NCBI GenBank assembly: GCA_043818215.1
Contig: JBDRGC010000127.1
Location: 12,832-76,831 of the forward strand
Length of the DNA: 64,000 nucleotides
From: Chloroflexota bacterium
GTDB taxonomy: Bacteria; Chloroflexota; Anaerolineae; Anaerolineales; UBA11858
Direction of reading: 5' to 3'
A program made the translations under genes and the position numbers. Shown piece by piece: positions 37,932 through 47,025 of the stretch. Every line of letters starts with the position of its first letter. The stretch's first letter is position 1. The notes under the pieces are model-generated. The model was not told the origin of the DNA. It did not search any database and worked only from the letters and a program-made list of their open reading frames with translations.

Positions 37932-38322
37932 GAATCAGTAGGTCAGTAGATCAGTAGATCAGTAAATCAGGGATCAGTAGATCAGTAAATTAGTAAATCA
38001 GTAGATCAGTAAATCAGGAATCAGTGGATCAGGGAGCAGTAGATCAGGAATATAATCAGGGTTTCCTGATTTCCTGATTTCCTGGTTTCCGGATTTCCTG
38101 ATTTACTGATTTCCTGATTTACTGATTTACTGATTTCCTGATTTCCTGATTTCCTGGTTTCCTGATTTCCTGATTTCCTGGTTTCCTGATTTCCTGGTTT
38201 CCTGGTTTCCTGGTTTCCTGATTTCCTGGTTTCCTGGTTTCCTGATTTCCTGGTTTCCTGGTTTCCTGGTTTCCTGATTTCCTGGTTTCCTGGTTTCCTG
38301 GTTTCCTAGTTTCCTAGTTTCT
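37931..38322. repeat. largest array in the window (~390 bp): CAGTAGAT/CAGTAAAT arm then TTTCCTGA/TTTCCTGG arm
   Basis: About 48 octamer units can be read directly, with an orientation switch near 38055. It generates the spurious ORF 38127..38411. Confidence 0.9.
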
Positions 38323-38375
38323 TGTCGTGGTAGAATGTATCTACATTTGTGGGCACATTCTACCGGGAGGTCGAA

Positions 38376-38627
38376 ATGATTGCTGTTGGAATACGTGAAT
38401 TGAAACAGCAAACCAGCGAGTTGATCCGTCTGGTGCGCGAAGAAGGAAGAGAACTCCAGGTTACTTATCGCGGCGATGTTGTGGCCCTCGTGGTTCCCGT
38501 GACTCGCGCCACATCACCGGATGCTGAAGCTGCCTGGTCCAGTCTGGATGTGCTGGCTGCGGAGATTGGGGCGTGCTGGCCTGCTGACGTTACCAGTGTG
38601 GAAGCCGTAGCTGAGGGCCGCGCGTGA
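38376..38627 (+). CDS. Phd/YefM-family antitoxin
   Basis: The MIAVGIRELKQQTSELIRLV...VTYRGDVVALVVP pattern, with GGGAGG upstream of the ATG at 38376. Confidence 0.7.
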   Translation: MIAVGIRELKQQTSELIRLVREEGRELQVTYRGDVVALVVPVTRATSPDAEAAWSSLDVLAAEIGACWPADVTSVEAVAEGRA

Positions 38628-39043
38628 GTGGCTACGTGGTAGTAGATGCCAGTGTATGGGTCGCGCGTATGATCGATCAAGACGTTTTTCATGCCATCAG
38701 CCGTCAATGGCTGGACGAGCAACGCACCAACGGGATGCGTTTTATTGCCCCCACGCTATTACTCGTCGAAGTGGTCGCCGCTATTTCCCGCCGCACGGGG
38801 GACAGAGGATTAGCACAACGCGCCGTGGATATATTGGAAAACCTGCCCGATTTGCGGCTGGTGGATATGGACCGCAGCCTCGTGCAAATTGCCATTCGCG
38901 TAGGGGTTGACCTGGGGGTGCGCGGTGCAGACGCGTTTTACATCGCCATTGCGCAACAGCTACACCTCCCCCTTACCACCCTGGATGTGGATCAGCGTAC
39001 CCGCGCCGGCCAGATAATAGAGACATGGAAGATAACGGGTTGA
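38624..39043 (+). CDS. vapC: VapC-type PIN-domain toxin
   Basis: VVVDASVWV start and the later conserved acidic residues (LLLVEV, GADAFYIA). 4-nt overlap with the antitoxin. Confidence 0.75.
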   Translation: MSGYVVVDASVWVARMIDQDVFHAISRQWLDEQRTNGMRFIAPTLLLVEVVAAISRRTGDRGLAQRAVDILENLPDLRLVDMDRSLVQIAIRVGVDLGVRGADAFYIAIAQQLHLPLTTLDVDQRTRAGQIIETWKITG

Positions 39044-39076
39044 ATAATCAATATGGGTGAGTTGGGGTTTTCTATT

Positions 39077-39262
39077 GGGGACTGGTAAATTGGGGAGTGG
39101 TAAATTGGTAAATTGGGGATTGGTAAATTGGTAAACTGGGGACTGGTGATTGGTTCCCAGCTTACCAACCTACCAATCTACCAATCTACCAACCTACCAA
39201 CCTACCAATCTACCAATCTACCAATCTACCAATCTACCAACCTACCACTCCCCAATTCCCAA
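39077..39262. repeat. octamer arrays with inverted arms (TGGTAAAT/TGGGGACT then CCAATCTA/CCAACCTA)
   Basis: Read directly, ending 5 nt before the kinase ATG. Confidence 0.9.
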
Positions 39263-39267
39263 AAACC

Positions 39268-40674
39268 ATGTTCACTTCCCTCCGCTCCCGCCTGTTGTTG
39301 ACTTATGCCCTTGTCATCGGGGTGGTGCTGTGCGTGGCAGGGACTGCGCTGATCTGGTACATTTTGCAGAATCCCGCCATCGAACGGCTATTGTACGTGC
39401 GTCTCGATCAGGCTGCGGAAAATGTTCTCCAGCAAGAGATGCCCGCTTTATCTTCGTCGCAGACATTACAAGCAACCGCCCGGCGTATCGACCAGCAATA
39501 TAATGTGCGTGTTTTGGTGCTGTCGGTTGATGGGGAAGTGTTGACCGACTCTCGGAGCGGGGACGAGCCAGAGTTGGCTCCCAAAACACGTCGCATCACA
39601 CAAGGAACGCATGGACTGGCCTGGGACGCCAACAACCGGGCCTGGTTATTCGTGTGGCAGCCACTCGATGATGACACTTTTCTGGTTTTGGCTGTGCCGC
39701 GTGTCAGAAAAGTATCTCTCCTTTTCTCCCAGCGTTTACGAGAAGTATTGCGGGATGATCTATTTCCGCCCCTGCTTCAAGCTGGCTGTGCGGCCTTGAT
39801 TTTAGCGCTGATCCTGGCTTTGTGGATGTCGCGCTGGGTGGCGGCCCCTTTGCGGCGCATGGCTGCAGCAACGCGGGACATGTCAGCGGGGGAATATGGT
39901 CACATTTCGGTAGAAGGGCCAGAAGAAGTACAGTCCCTGGCGCACGCCTTCAACGAGATGACAGCCCGGGTGCAAGCCAGCCAGCAATCCCAGAGAGACT
40001 TTGTGTCCAATGTCTCCCACGAGTTGAAAACGCCACTTACATCCATTCAGGGCTTCTCACAAGCCATGTTAGACGGCACTGCGGATACCCCGGAGAAATT
40101 GCAGCAATCTGCTGAGGTGATTTTTAGCGAGGCCGGGCGGATGCACCGCATGGTTTTAGACCTTTTGGATTTAGCCCGCCTGGATGCCGGGACGGTGGAA
40201 TTGGAGCGTGTTAGCGTGGACCTGGCAGCTTTGCTGCACAATGTGACCACCAGGCTCTCCCCGCAGGCCGCACAGGCTCAGGTGGATTTGCAGTTCGAGA
40301 GCTTTGCACTTCCGATTGTGATCGGCGATGGGGACCGCCTGACCCAGGTTTTTACAAATCTGGTGGAAAACGCCCTCAAGTATACGCCTCCGGGCGGGCA
40401 GGTGCGGCTCCGAGCGGCAGCGGCGGCAGACTGCGTGGAAATCTCGGTGGAGGACACGGGGCCGGGCATCCCCCCGGAACACTTGGGACGCATTTTCGAG
40501 CGATTCTATCAAGTGGACAAATCCCGCCCCGGTGGGGGCCGCCGCGGAGTTGGATTGGGGTTGCCCATTGCGCGGGAGATTATCCAAGCCCACGGAGGCA
40601 CAATCACAGCCCACAGCCAGACGGGACAGGGAAGTGTTTTTGTGGTAAAAATACCCCTTGCACGCCCCGAATGA
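39268..40674 (+). CDS. sensor histidine kinase (2 TM, HAMP, HisKA, HATPase_c)
   Basis: H-box SHELKTPLTSI, N-box NLVENALKYTP, G1 DTGPGI, G2 GVGLGL. No response regulator is adjacent. Confidence 0.85.
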   Translation: MFTSLRSRLLLTYALVIGVVLCVAGTALIWYILQNPAIERLLYVRLDQAAENVLQQEMPALSSSQTLQATARRIDQQYNVRVLVLSVDGEVLTDSRSGDEPELAPKTRRITQGTHGLAWDANNRAWLFVWQPLDDDTFLVLAVPRVRKVSLLFSQRLREVLRDDLFPPLLQAGCAALILALILALWMSRWVAAPLRRMAAATRDMSAGEYGHISVEGPEEVQSLAHAFNEMTARVQASQQSQRDFVSNVSHELKTPLTSIQGFSQAMLDGTADTPEKLQQSAEVIFSEAGRMHRMVLDLLDLARLDAGTVELERVSVDLAALLHNVTTRLSPQAAQAQVDLQFESFALPIVIGDGDRLTQVFTNLVENALKYTPPGGQVRLRAAAAADCVEISVEDTGPGIPPEHLGRIFERFYQVDKSRPGGGRRGVGLGLPIAREIIQAHGGTITAHSQTGQGSVFVVKIPLARPE

Positions 40675-40683
40675 ATTCGGTGT

Positions 40684-40790
40684 CTCGCCATTCGCCATTC
40701 GCCACTCGCCACTCGCCATTCGCCATTCGCCACTCGCCATTCGCCATTCGCCCCTCGCTATTCGCTATTCGCCACTCGCCACTCGCCCCC
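40684..40790. repeat. heptamer array (CATTCGC/CACTCGC, ~15 units)
   Basis: Read directly. It extends the ORF-track ORF 40658..41809 upstream of the real start. Confidence 0.9.
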
Positions 40791-40813
40791 ACGCTTCACT
40801 CCTCACGTACATA

Positions 40814-41809
40814 ATGAAAAGACCACTCAGCATCATAATTCCATGCTTCAATGAACAAGCCACTATTCGTTTGCTGCTGGACGCCATCTACGCGCAAACG
40901 TATCCCCGCGAACAGATAGAAGTGATTATTGCCGACGGCATTTCCACGGATGATACCCGCGCAGAGATTCGCGCTTTCCAGCAAACCCATCCAGACCTGA
41001 ACATCGAAGTGGTAGATAACCTGAAGCGCAATATTCCTGCGGGGCTTAACCGAGCCATCGAGGCTGCTGGCGGAGAGTTCATCGTGCGGCTGGATGCTCA
41101 CTCTGTGCCCCACAATGATTACGTTTCCCGGTGCTTGGCTGCTTTAGATGCCGGCCTGGGCGACAACGTCGGAGGGGTGTGGGAAATCCAGCCCTCGGAG
41201 CCGGGATGGGTGGCACGTTCCATTGCGGCTGCGGCAGCCCACCCACTTGGCGTGGGCGATGCCAGTTACCGGGTCGGCGGCCAGCCACAAGCCGTAGATA
41301 CGGTTCCCTTTGGGGCCTTCCGCCGCGCATTGACTGATCGCATAGGCCTTTTTGATGAGACTTTGCTTTCCAATGAAGATTATGAGTTCAACGTTCGGGT
41401 GCGCCAATCGGGGGGCACTGTTTGGATGGACCCTGCAATCCGCTCGCAATACTTTGCGCGTCCTAACCTGCGGGCGCTTGCCAAACAGTATTGGCGCTAC
41501 GGGTATTGGAAATTGTGTATGCTGAGACGTTTCCCGGAGACGTTTCGTTGGCGGCAGCTTTCGGGGGCCTTCGTGCTTACCTGGTTGGTTTTAGGTATAC
41601 TTGCAATTTGGTTCCCTGTGGCTCAGTGGCTCCTGTCGGCGGAGGCTATCATTTACAGTCTAGCCCTGGCAATGGCCGGAGCGCAGACTGCTGTGAAAAA
41701 CCGTGATCTGGCGATGTTGGTTGGCGTGCCTCTGGCAATTGCAACCATGCACTTCGCCTGGGGAACAGCGTTTTTGTGGAGTTTGTTGAAATCGGTGATT
41801 GGAGATTAG
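40814..41809 (+). CDS. glycosyltransferase family 2 with C-terminal TM helices (ExoA-like layout)
   Basis: LSIIIPCFNE, ADGISTDDT and RLDAHS motifs. ATG at 40814. Confidence 0.75.
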   Translation: MKRPLSIIIPCFNEQATIRLLLDAIYAQTYPREQIEVIIADGISTDDTRAEIRAFQQTHPDLNIEVVDNLKRNIPAGLNRAIEAAGGEFIVRLDAHSVPHNDYVSRCLAALDAGLGDNVGGVWEIQPSEPGWVARSIAAAAAHPLGVGDASYRVGGQPQAVDTVPFGAFRRALTDRIGLFDETLLSNEDYEFNVRVRQSGGTVWMDPAIRSQYFARPNLRALAKQYWRYGYWKLCMLRRFPETFRWRQLSGAFVLTWLVLGILAIWFPVAQWLLSAEAIIYSLALAMAGAQTAVKNRDLAMLVGVPLAIATMHFAWGTAFLWSLLKSVIGD

Positions 41810-41909
41810 AGATTGGAGATTGGATACTGGAGATTGGAGATTAGAGACTGGAGACCGTAGACGGAAATTGAGACTGGAAATCTCTAATCCCTAATCTCCA
41901 ATCTCCAAT
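41795..41909. repeat. inverted heptamer arrays (GAGATTG/GAGACTG then AATCTCY)
   Basis: Read directly. It overlaps the GT2 stop. Confidence 0.85.
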
Positions 41910-41917
41910 GAATATTT

Positions 41918-43330
41918 ATGACAAATCAAAAAACTAGCCGCTGGCGTCTAAGCCCCGTAGAGCGCCGAACACTGTTGGTAATCGGTGACTTTGTTGTGGG
42001 GCTGATCTCTTTGGCGGCCGCACTTGTATTTTGGGCTAATAATGCGGAATGGCTGGGCTTGTCTGTGGCTTTTTTGCAGGAGCGCGTCGCCACATGGTTT
42101 TATCTTCTCCCTTTTATCTGGCTGGCGCTATTAGTTGACACGTATGATATACACCGGGCTGCTGATTGGCGTAAGACCGTGCAAGGGGTTGCCTCCGCTA
42201 CGTCTATGGGATTGGGTTTATACCTAGTGGTTTACTTCGCATCAGATAACCCATTGCCTCGTAGTGGCGTGGCCGCTTTTCTAATTGCCGCTTCGGGGTT
42301 GACTCTAATCTGGCGGCTAATGTACATCCGCGTTTTCACCGCTTCTCAATTCATGCGCCGGGTTTTGGTGGTTGGCGCCGGCAAGGCCGGGCAGACGATT
42401 CTAGGCGCAATCAACAGCCTGCAACCCAAACCTTTCGATTTGATTGGTATTATCGACGATGACCCGGAGAAGATTGGCACTAAGGTCGAAGGTTATGATG
42501 TCATTGGCAGCAGCTATGAATTGCCAAACCTTCTGCAGGAAGAAAACATATCAGATATCATCGTGGCAATTTCGGGGGAAATGCAAGGATACACTTTCCA
42601 AACTTTGTTGGATGTCCAGCAGCAGGGGGTAGAGATCACCCGGATGCCGGTGGCCTACGAGGAATTGTTGAACCGGGTGCCCATCCAAATTCTCGAAGCG
42701 GATTGGATTCTGCGTTCCTTTGTAGATCAATTCCGCACGAATAATTTTTACAGAATCGGCAAACGTCTGCTAGATATTCTGGGCGGGCTGGTCGGTATGC
42801 TAATTCTGATGGTGATTGTGCCATTTGTGGGATTAGCAACCATATTGGATAGTGGCCGCCCCGTGTTCTACTCTCAAGTGCGGTTGGGCCGAGGCGGAAA
42901 ACTCCATAATATCTTCAAATTCCGCACTATGCGCCTGGATGCGGAGGCGGATGGTAAAGCGGTAACTGCCAAAGAAGACGATGAGCGCGCCACGCGGGTG
43001 GGGCGATTCTTGCGGAAGACGCATATCGACGAGATTCCTCAATTTATCAATGTCTTGCGCGGCGAAATGAGTCTGGTGGGGCCTCGGTCGGAACGTCCAG
43101 GTCTCATAGAGCATTACCACCGTCATATTCCTTTCTACCGCGCTCGTTTACTGGTCAAGCCGGGGCTTACTGGCTGGGCACAGGTTAATTATGGTTACGC
43201 AGGAAATATAGACGATACGATAATAAAGATAGAGTACGACTTATACTACGTTAAGCATCGGAATATGGTGTTAGACATAATCACTCTATTGCGTACTCCT
43301 GGGACAATGTTCGGGATGCGAGGCCAGTAG
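41918..43330 (+). CDS. polyprenyl-phosphate sugar phosphotransferase (WbaP/EPS initiating enzyme family)
   Basis: N-terminal TM block, central Rossmann-like region and the C-terminal bacterial sugar transferase domain (PVFYSQVRLGRGGK..FKFRTM, SLVGPRSERP). Confidence 0.85.
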   Translation: MTNQKTSRWRLSPVERRTLLVIGDFVVGLISLAAALVFWANNAEWLGLSVAFLQERVATWFYLLPFIWLALLVDTYDIHRAADWRKTVQGVASATSMGLGLYLVVYFASDNPLPRSGVAAFLIAASGLTLIWRLMYIRVFTASQFMRRVLVVGAGKAGQTILGAINSLQPKPFDLIGIIDDDPEKIGTKVEGYDVIGSSYELPNLLQEENISDIIVAISGEMQGYTFQTLLDVQQQGVEITRMPVAYEELLNRVPIQILEADWILRSFVDQFRTNNFYRIGKRLLDILGGLVGMLILMVIVPFVGLATILDSGRPVFYSQVRLGRGGKLHNIFKFRTMRLDAEADGKAVTAKEDDERATRVGRFLRKTHIDEIPQFINVLRGEMSLVGPRSERPGLIEHYHRHIPFYRARLLVKPGLTGWAQVNYGYAGNIDDTIIKIEYDLYYVKHRNMVLDIITLLRTPGTMFGMRGQ

Positions 43331-43525
43331 TGGAGGGTGGAGCGTGGGGCGTGGGGCGTGAAACGTGACGAAGTCCCCGAAGCGCAGCGGAGTGGGAAGA
43401 CGTGAAACGTGATGCGTAGGCAACTTGCCTCTTGTACCTTGCCTCCTGCACCTTGCCCCCTGCCTCTTGCACCTTGCCTCTTGCCTCTTGCCCCCTTGCA
43501 TCCCGCCACCCGCCACTCGCCTCAC
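43331..43525. repeat. composite array: GGGGCGT/ACGTGAA words, a 45-bp conserved element, then CTTGCCT/CTTGCAC and CACTCGC words
   Basis: Read directly. It extends ORF 43409..45472 upstream of the real ATG at 43535. Confidence 0.85.
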
Positions 43526-43534
43526 CGGAACTTC

Positions 43535-45472
43535 ATGAATATAAAAAATCTGCTGACAAAACTTACGCTGCCACATGCACCTGTGCGCAATCGCATGTTA
43601 TTGCTGGGCGATCTGTTCTTGATCGCTGCGGCGGTATTAGGTAGTTTTGCTCTGCGCTTCGAATTAGGGAACCTGTTTGCATTTTATCTGCCTCAAGCAT
43701 TGAAGATGATAATCCTGGCCCTTTTGATCAAGCCGGTAGTTTATTACTTCTTCGGTTTGTACCGCCGTCTGTGGGCTTATGCCAGCATTCGCGAACTGCT
43801 TTTGATTGTCGCGGCAGTTACAGCAGCTTCGATTTTGCTCTCGGTGAGCGTCACCCTGATGACATACAGCCAGGCAAGGTCGCCAAACTATATTGGCTTT
43901 CCCCGCGCCACGCTGGTGATCGATTGGCTGCTTTCTATATTTCTGGCCGGCGGGTTGCGCTTTTCCACCCGCCTGATTGCAGAGAGCAAATCCACGGCTG
44001 CCGATGGGAATGCCCGTACAAAGATGGTTCAAAACGTGTTGATTGTCGGGGCGGGAGACGCGGGAGCATTGGTCCTCCGCGAAATTCAGAAAAATCCTCA
44101 GCTCAATCTATCGCCGGTATGCTTTTTGGATGACGATAAAACCAAACAGGAGCAGCAAATCCATGGCGTCCCAATTGTCGGGACATTGGATGATTTAGCG
44201 CGGGTGGTACACGCCAAACGGATTCAGGAAGTGATCATTGCCATCCCCACCGCTCCGGGGCAAATCATCCGTAAAGTGGCTGATGTGTGCCGGGCAAAGC
44301 GCATCCCTTTCCGCACCATGCCTGGAGTTTACGATCTTATCGGCGGCAAAGTAAGCGTCAATCGCCTGCGAAATGTCAATATCTCCGACTTGCTGCGCCG
44401 CGCCCCCATCGCTATCGATAACCGGCGCATCGGCTCGATTTTGAGCGGACGCCGGGTGCTGGTCACAGGTGCGGGCGGCTCGATAGGCCGTGAACTCTGC
44501 CGCCAGATAGCCCGTTGGGGGCCATCTGCCCTGATATTGCTCGGACATGGCGAGAACAGCATTTTCGAGACCTTGATAGAACTCAAAGATGACTACCCCT
44601 CGCTGCTTTTGCACTCTGTCATCGCCGATATACGCGATCGAGACCGGCTGGAATCAGTATTCGAAAATCTCAGCCCTCAAATGGTCTTTCATGCCGCCGC
44701 GCATAAACACGTCCCCCTGATGGAAATCAACGTCGAAGAAGCCATCACCAACAATATTTTGGGCACTCGCAATGTGGTCGAAGTCTCGCTGACTTATGGC
44801 ATTGATCGGCTGGTAATGATTTCAACGGATAAAGCCATTCGCCCCACCAGTGTTATGGGGGCCACCAAACGCATGGCAGAGTTGTTGGTTTTGGATGCCG
44901 CTCATCGTTCTGATCAGGCCTATTCCGTGGTGCGATTTGGAAACGTATTGGGCAGCCGGGGCAGCGTTGTGCCGAAATTCCAGCGGCAAATTGCCCGCGG
45001 TGGCCCTATCACCATCACCCATCCAGACATGGAGCGCTACTTTATGACCATCCCCGAGGCCGTACATCTGGTTTTGCAGGCCGGCGCCATGGGACAGTGC
45101 GGCGAGGTCTTTGTGCTCAAGATGGGCGAACAAGTGCGAATTTTGGATCTGGCCGAAGACCTGATCCGCCTCTCCGGGTTGGAACCGGGAAAAGACATCG
45201 AGATCACTTTTACCGGCATCCGCCCTGGCGAAAAGTTGAAAGAAGAACTCTGGGATAAATGGGCGCAATATGAACCCACCTCTCACCCGGACATTGTCCT
45301 GCTGACCGAAGAAGACATCATCAGTGAAGGCGCCCTGCATCAGGCCGTGGATGAGCTGATCTATCTGGCGCGTGAAAGCAACGCTTCTGCCATTATCAAG
45401 CGATTGGATGCCCTCATTCCCGGCGCCACCGTGCGCAGCACCCCTCCCCCGGAGATCACAGCCGTAATCTAA
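43535..45472 (+). CDS. membrane-anchored nucleotide-sugar 4,6-dehydratase (CapD/WbpM/PglF family)
   Basis: N-terminal TM helices with two Rossmann regions. Motifs VLVTGAGGSIGREL, FHAAAHKHVPLME and STDKAIRPTSVMGATKR. Confidence 0.85.
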   Translation: MNIKNLLTKLTLPHAPVRNRMLLLGDLFLIAAAVLGSFALRFELGNLFAFYLPQALKMIILALLIKPVVYYFFGLYRRLWAYASIRELLLIVAAVTAASILLSVSVTLMTYSQARSPNYIGFPRATLVIDWLLSIFLAGGLRFSTRLIAESKSTAADGNARTKMVQNVLIVGAGDAGALVLREIQKNPQLNLSPVCFLDDDKTKQEQQIHGVPIVGTLDDLARVVHAKRIQEVIIAIPTAPGQIIRKVADVCRAKRIPFRTMPGVYDLIGGKVSVNRLRNVNISDLLRRAPIAIDNRRIGSILSGRRVLVTGAGGSIGRELCRQIARWGPSALILLGHGENSIFETLIELKDDYPSLLLHSVIADIRDRDRLESVFENLSPQMVFHAAAHKHVPLMEINVEEAITNNILGTRNVVEVSLTYGIDRLVMISTDKAIRPTSVMGATKRMAELLVLDAAHRSDQAYSVVRFGNVLGSRGSVVPKFQRQIARGGPITITHPDMERYFMTIPEAVHLVLQAGAMGQCGEVFVLKMGEQVRILDLAEDLIRLSGLEPGKDIEITFTGIRPGEKLKEELWDKWAQYEPTSHPDIVLLTEEDIISEGALHQAVDELIYLARESNASAIIKRLDALIPGATVRSTPPPEITAVI

Positions 45473-45504
45473 CCGGTATCGTCTCGACAAATGCGTGGAG
45501 GATG

Positions 45505-45585
45505 AATCGTGAAGACGTGAAACGTTCTCTGTTGTCACGCCATTCGCCACTCGCCACTCGCCACTCGCCCCACGCTCCACGGAGT
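45505..45585. repeat. heptamer words (ACGTGAA then CACTCGC)
   Basis: Read directly, upstream of the FemAB-like gene. Confidence 0.75.
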
Positions 45586-45599
45586 CCCCTGCCAATCTC

Positions 45600-46586
45600 A
45601 TGCCTGAAACCACTCTCGAAGAATGGGACGCTTTCCTATCCCGCTATCCCAACGCTCACCTGCTTCAAACCCAGTCGTGGGGTGAACTCAAGTCCACCTT
45701 TGGTTGGAACGTGGTCAGGATTGTGACCCGTGACGCCGGCGCCCAGATTCTCTTCAAAAAACTCCCCCTGGGACTGACGTGGGCCTACCTCCCCAAGGGG
45801 CCGGTGGGAGAGAATTGGGGCGATCTCTGGCCCGCGGTGAACGCGGCCTGCCGCAGGCGGCGGGCTGTATTCCTGAAAGTGGAACCCGACCTATGGGAGC
45901 AGGAGGCGGGTTCCCCCCGGGATGCCGCTACGCCCACAGGATTCCGCCTCAGCCCCCACCACATCCAGCCCCCGCGCACCCTGTTAGTAAACCTCGCCGG
46001 GGCAGAGGATCAAATCCTATCGCGCATGAAACAAAAAACTCGCTACAATATCGGTCTGGCAATCAGAAAAGGCGTGGTTGTGCGCTCATCGAATGATATT
46101 GATGGCTTTCACAAATTAATGCAAACGACTGGCGAAAGGGACGCGTTCGGGGTTCATAGTCTGGAATACTATCGCCGGGTATACGGTCTGTTTGCGCCGC
46201 GGGGCGAGTGCGAGTTGTTGTGGGCCGAGTATCAAGAAGAGCCGTTGGCAGCTTTGATGATTTTGGTGCATGGGAACCGGGCCTGGTATTTTTACGGCGC
46301 GTCATCGAACCTGCACCGCAACCGCATGGCTCCTTATATTTTGCAGTGGGAGGCCATGCGGTGGGCACGTGCGCAGGGCTGTATCGAATATGATCTGTGG
46401 GGTGTCCCGGATGCCGATATAGAAACCCTTGAGGCCGAGTTCATGCAACGCAGAGATGGTTTGTGGGGCCTGTACCGTTTCAAGCGCGGCTTCGGCGGCA
46501 AACTGCACCGCGTGGCCGCCCCCTGGGACCGCGTTTATCGCCCGGGTTTATATGCTTTTTATCGTTGGTGGGTGTCGTCTCGATAA
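45600..46586 (+). CDS. FemAB-family aminoacyl/peptidyl transferase
   Basis: LLQTQSWGELK...AWYFYGASSN.HRNRMAPYILQWEAMRWA is the pattern of FemAB (PF02388-like). Confidence 0.75.
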   Translation: MPETTLEEWDAFLSRYPNAHLLQTQSWGELKSTFGWNVVRIVTRDAGAQILFKKLPLGLTWAYLPKGPVGENWGDLWPAVNAACRRRRAVFLKVEPDLWEQEAGSPRDAATPTGFRLSPHHIQPPRTLLVNLAGAEDQILSRMKQKTRYNIGLAIRKGVVVRSSNDIDGFHKLMQTTGERDAFGVHSLEYYRRVYGLFAPRGECELLWAEYQEEPLAALMILVHGNRAWYFYGASSNLHRNRMAPYILQWEAMRWARAQGCIEYDLWGVPDADIETLEAEFMQRRDGLWGLYRFKRGFGGKLHRVAAPWDRVYRPGLYAFYRWWVSSR

Positions 46587-46593
46587 TAAGGTA

Positions 46594-46845
46594 GTTGCTC
46601 AAAATGTTAGTGGTGGATTGCATCCCAAAGGAAGCGTACCCACCAACAAAACCGAATTGTAAATGGTAAATGGTGAATTATAAATGGTAAATGATTGTGG
46701 CGCTGTCTGCACTTCATTTACAATTTACCATTCACCAGTTACCATTTATAATTTCATTCCCCCCTGCATAATTCAAATGACGCACTTTGGGGGGCAAAAA
46801 AGCATTTATGGGGATAACTTGAATAGACCGAACTGCAATATCATG
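46594..46845 (+). repeat. 252-bp dispersed repeat, copy A (contains a TAAATGG inverted heptamer hairpin)
   Basis: Near-identical to 48222-48473 in direct orientation. Confidence 0.9.
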
Positions 46846-47025
46846 CCCTTTGGGTACGCACCAAACGTTAGTATAAGTAGGGCAGGTATCCTTACCTGCC
46901 ACTCGTCAATCTCGCAACGTAATCGTCATCGGTGGGAATGGAATCCCGCCCTACGAGTACGTATAACAACAGGGATTTTGAGCAATTACAACTATTTCTA
47001 GTTAGCGCTTTGAAGGCTGCCGTAA

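Noticed and set aside
37931-38322. Tandem arrays considered as CRISPR
   Set aside because: The units are 7-8 nt with no unique spacers and no 25-40-nt repeat periodicity, and there are no cas genes. This is not CRISPR.
38127-38411. 94-aa ORF encoding (QETRKPGN)n, with similar ORFs at 15045..15239, 40509..40792, 28559..28961 and 43246..43576
   Set aside because: These are pure translations of stop-free tandem arrays in non-coding gaps, with no unique sequence or ribosome-binding context.
40658-40813. ORF-track N-terminal extensions through arrays (also 5495-5536, 9598-9657, 12985-13056, 43409-43534, 56826-56903, 57911-58180, 60662-60874)
   Set aside because: The extensions are array translations. 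Conserved family N-termini begin at the internal ATGs, which were used instead. The exception is 37119, where no alternative canonical start exists.
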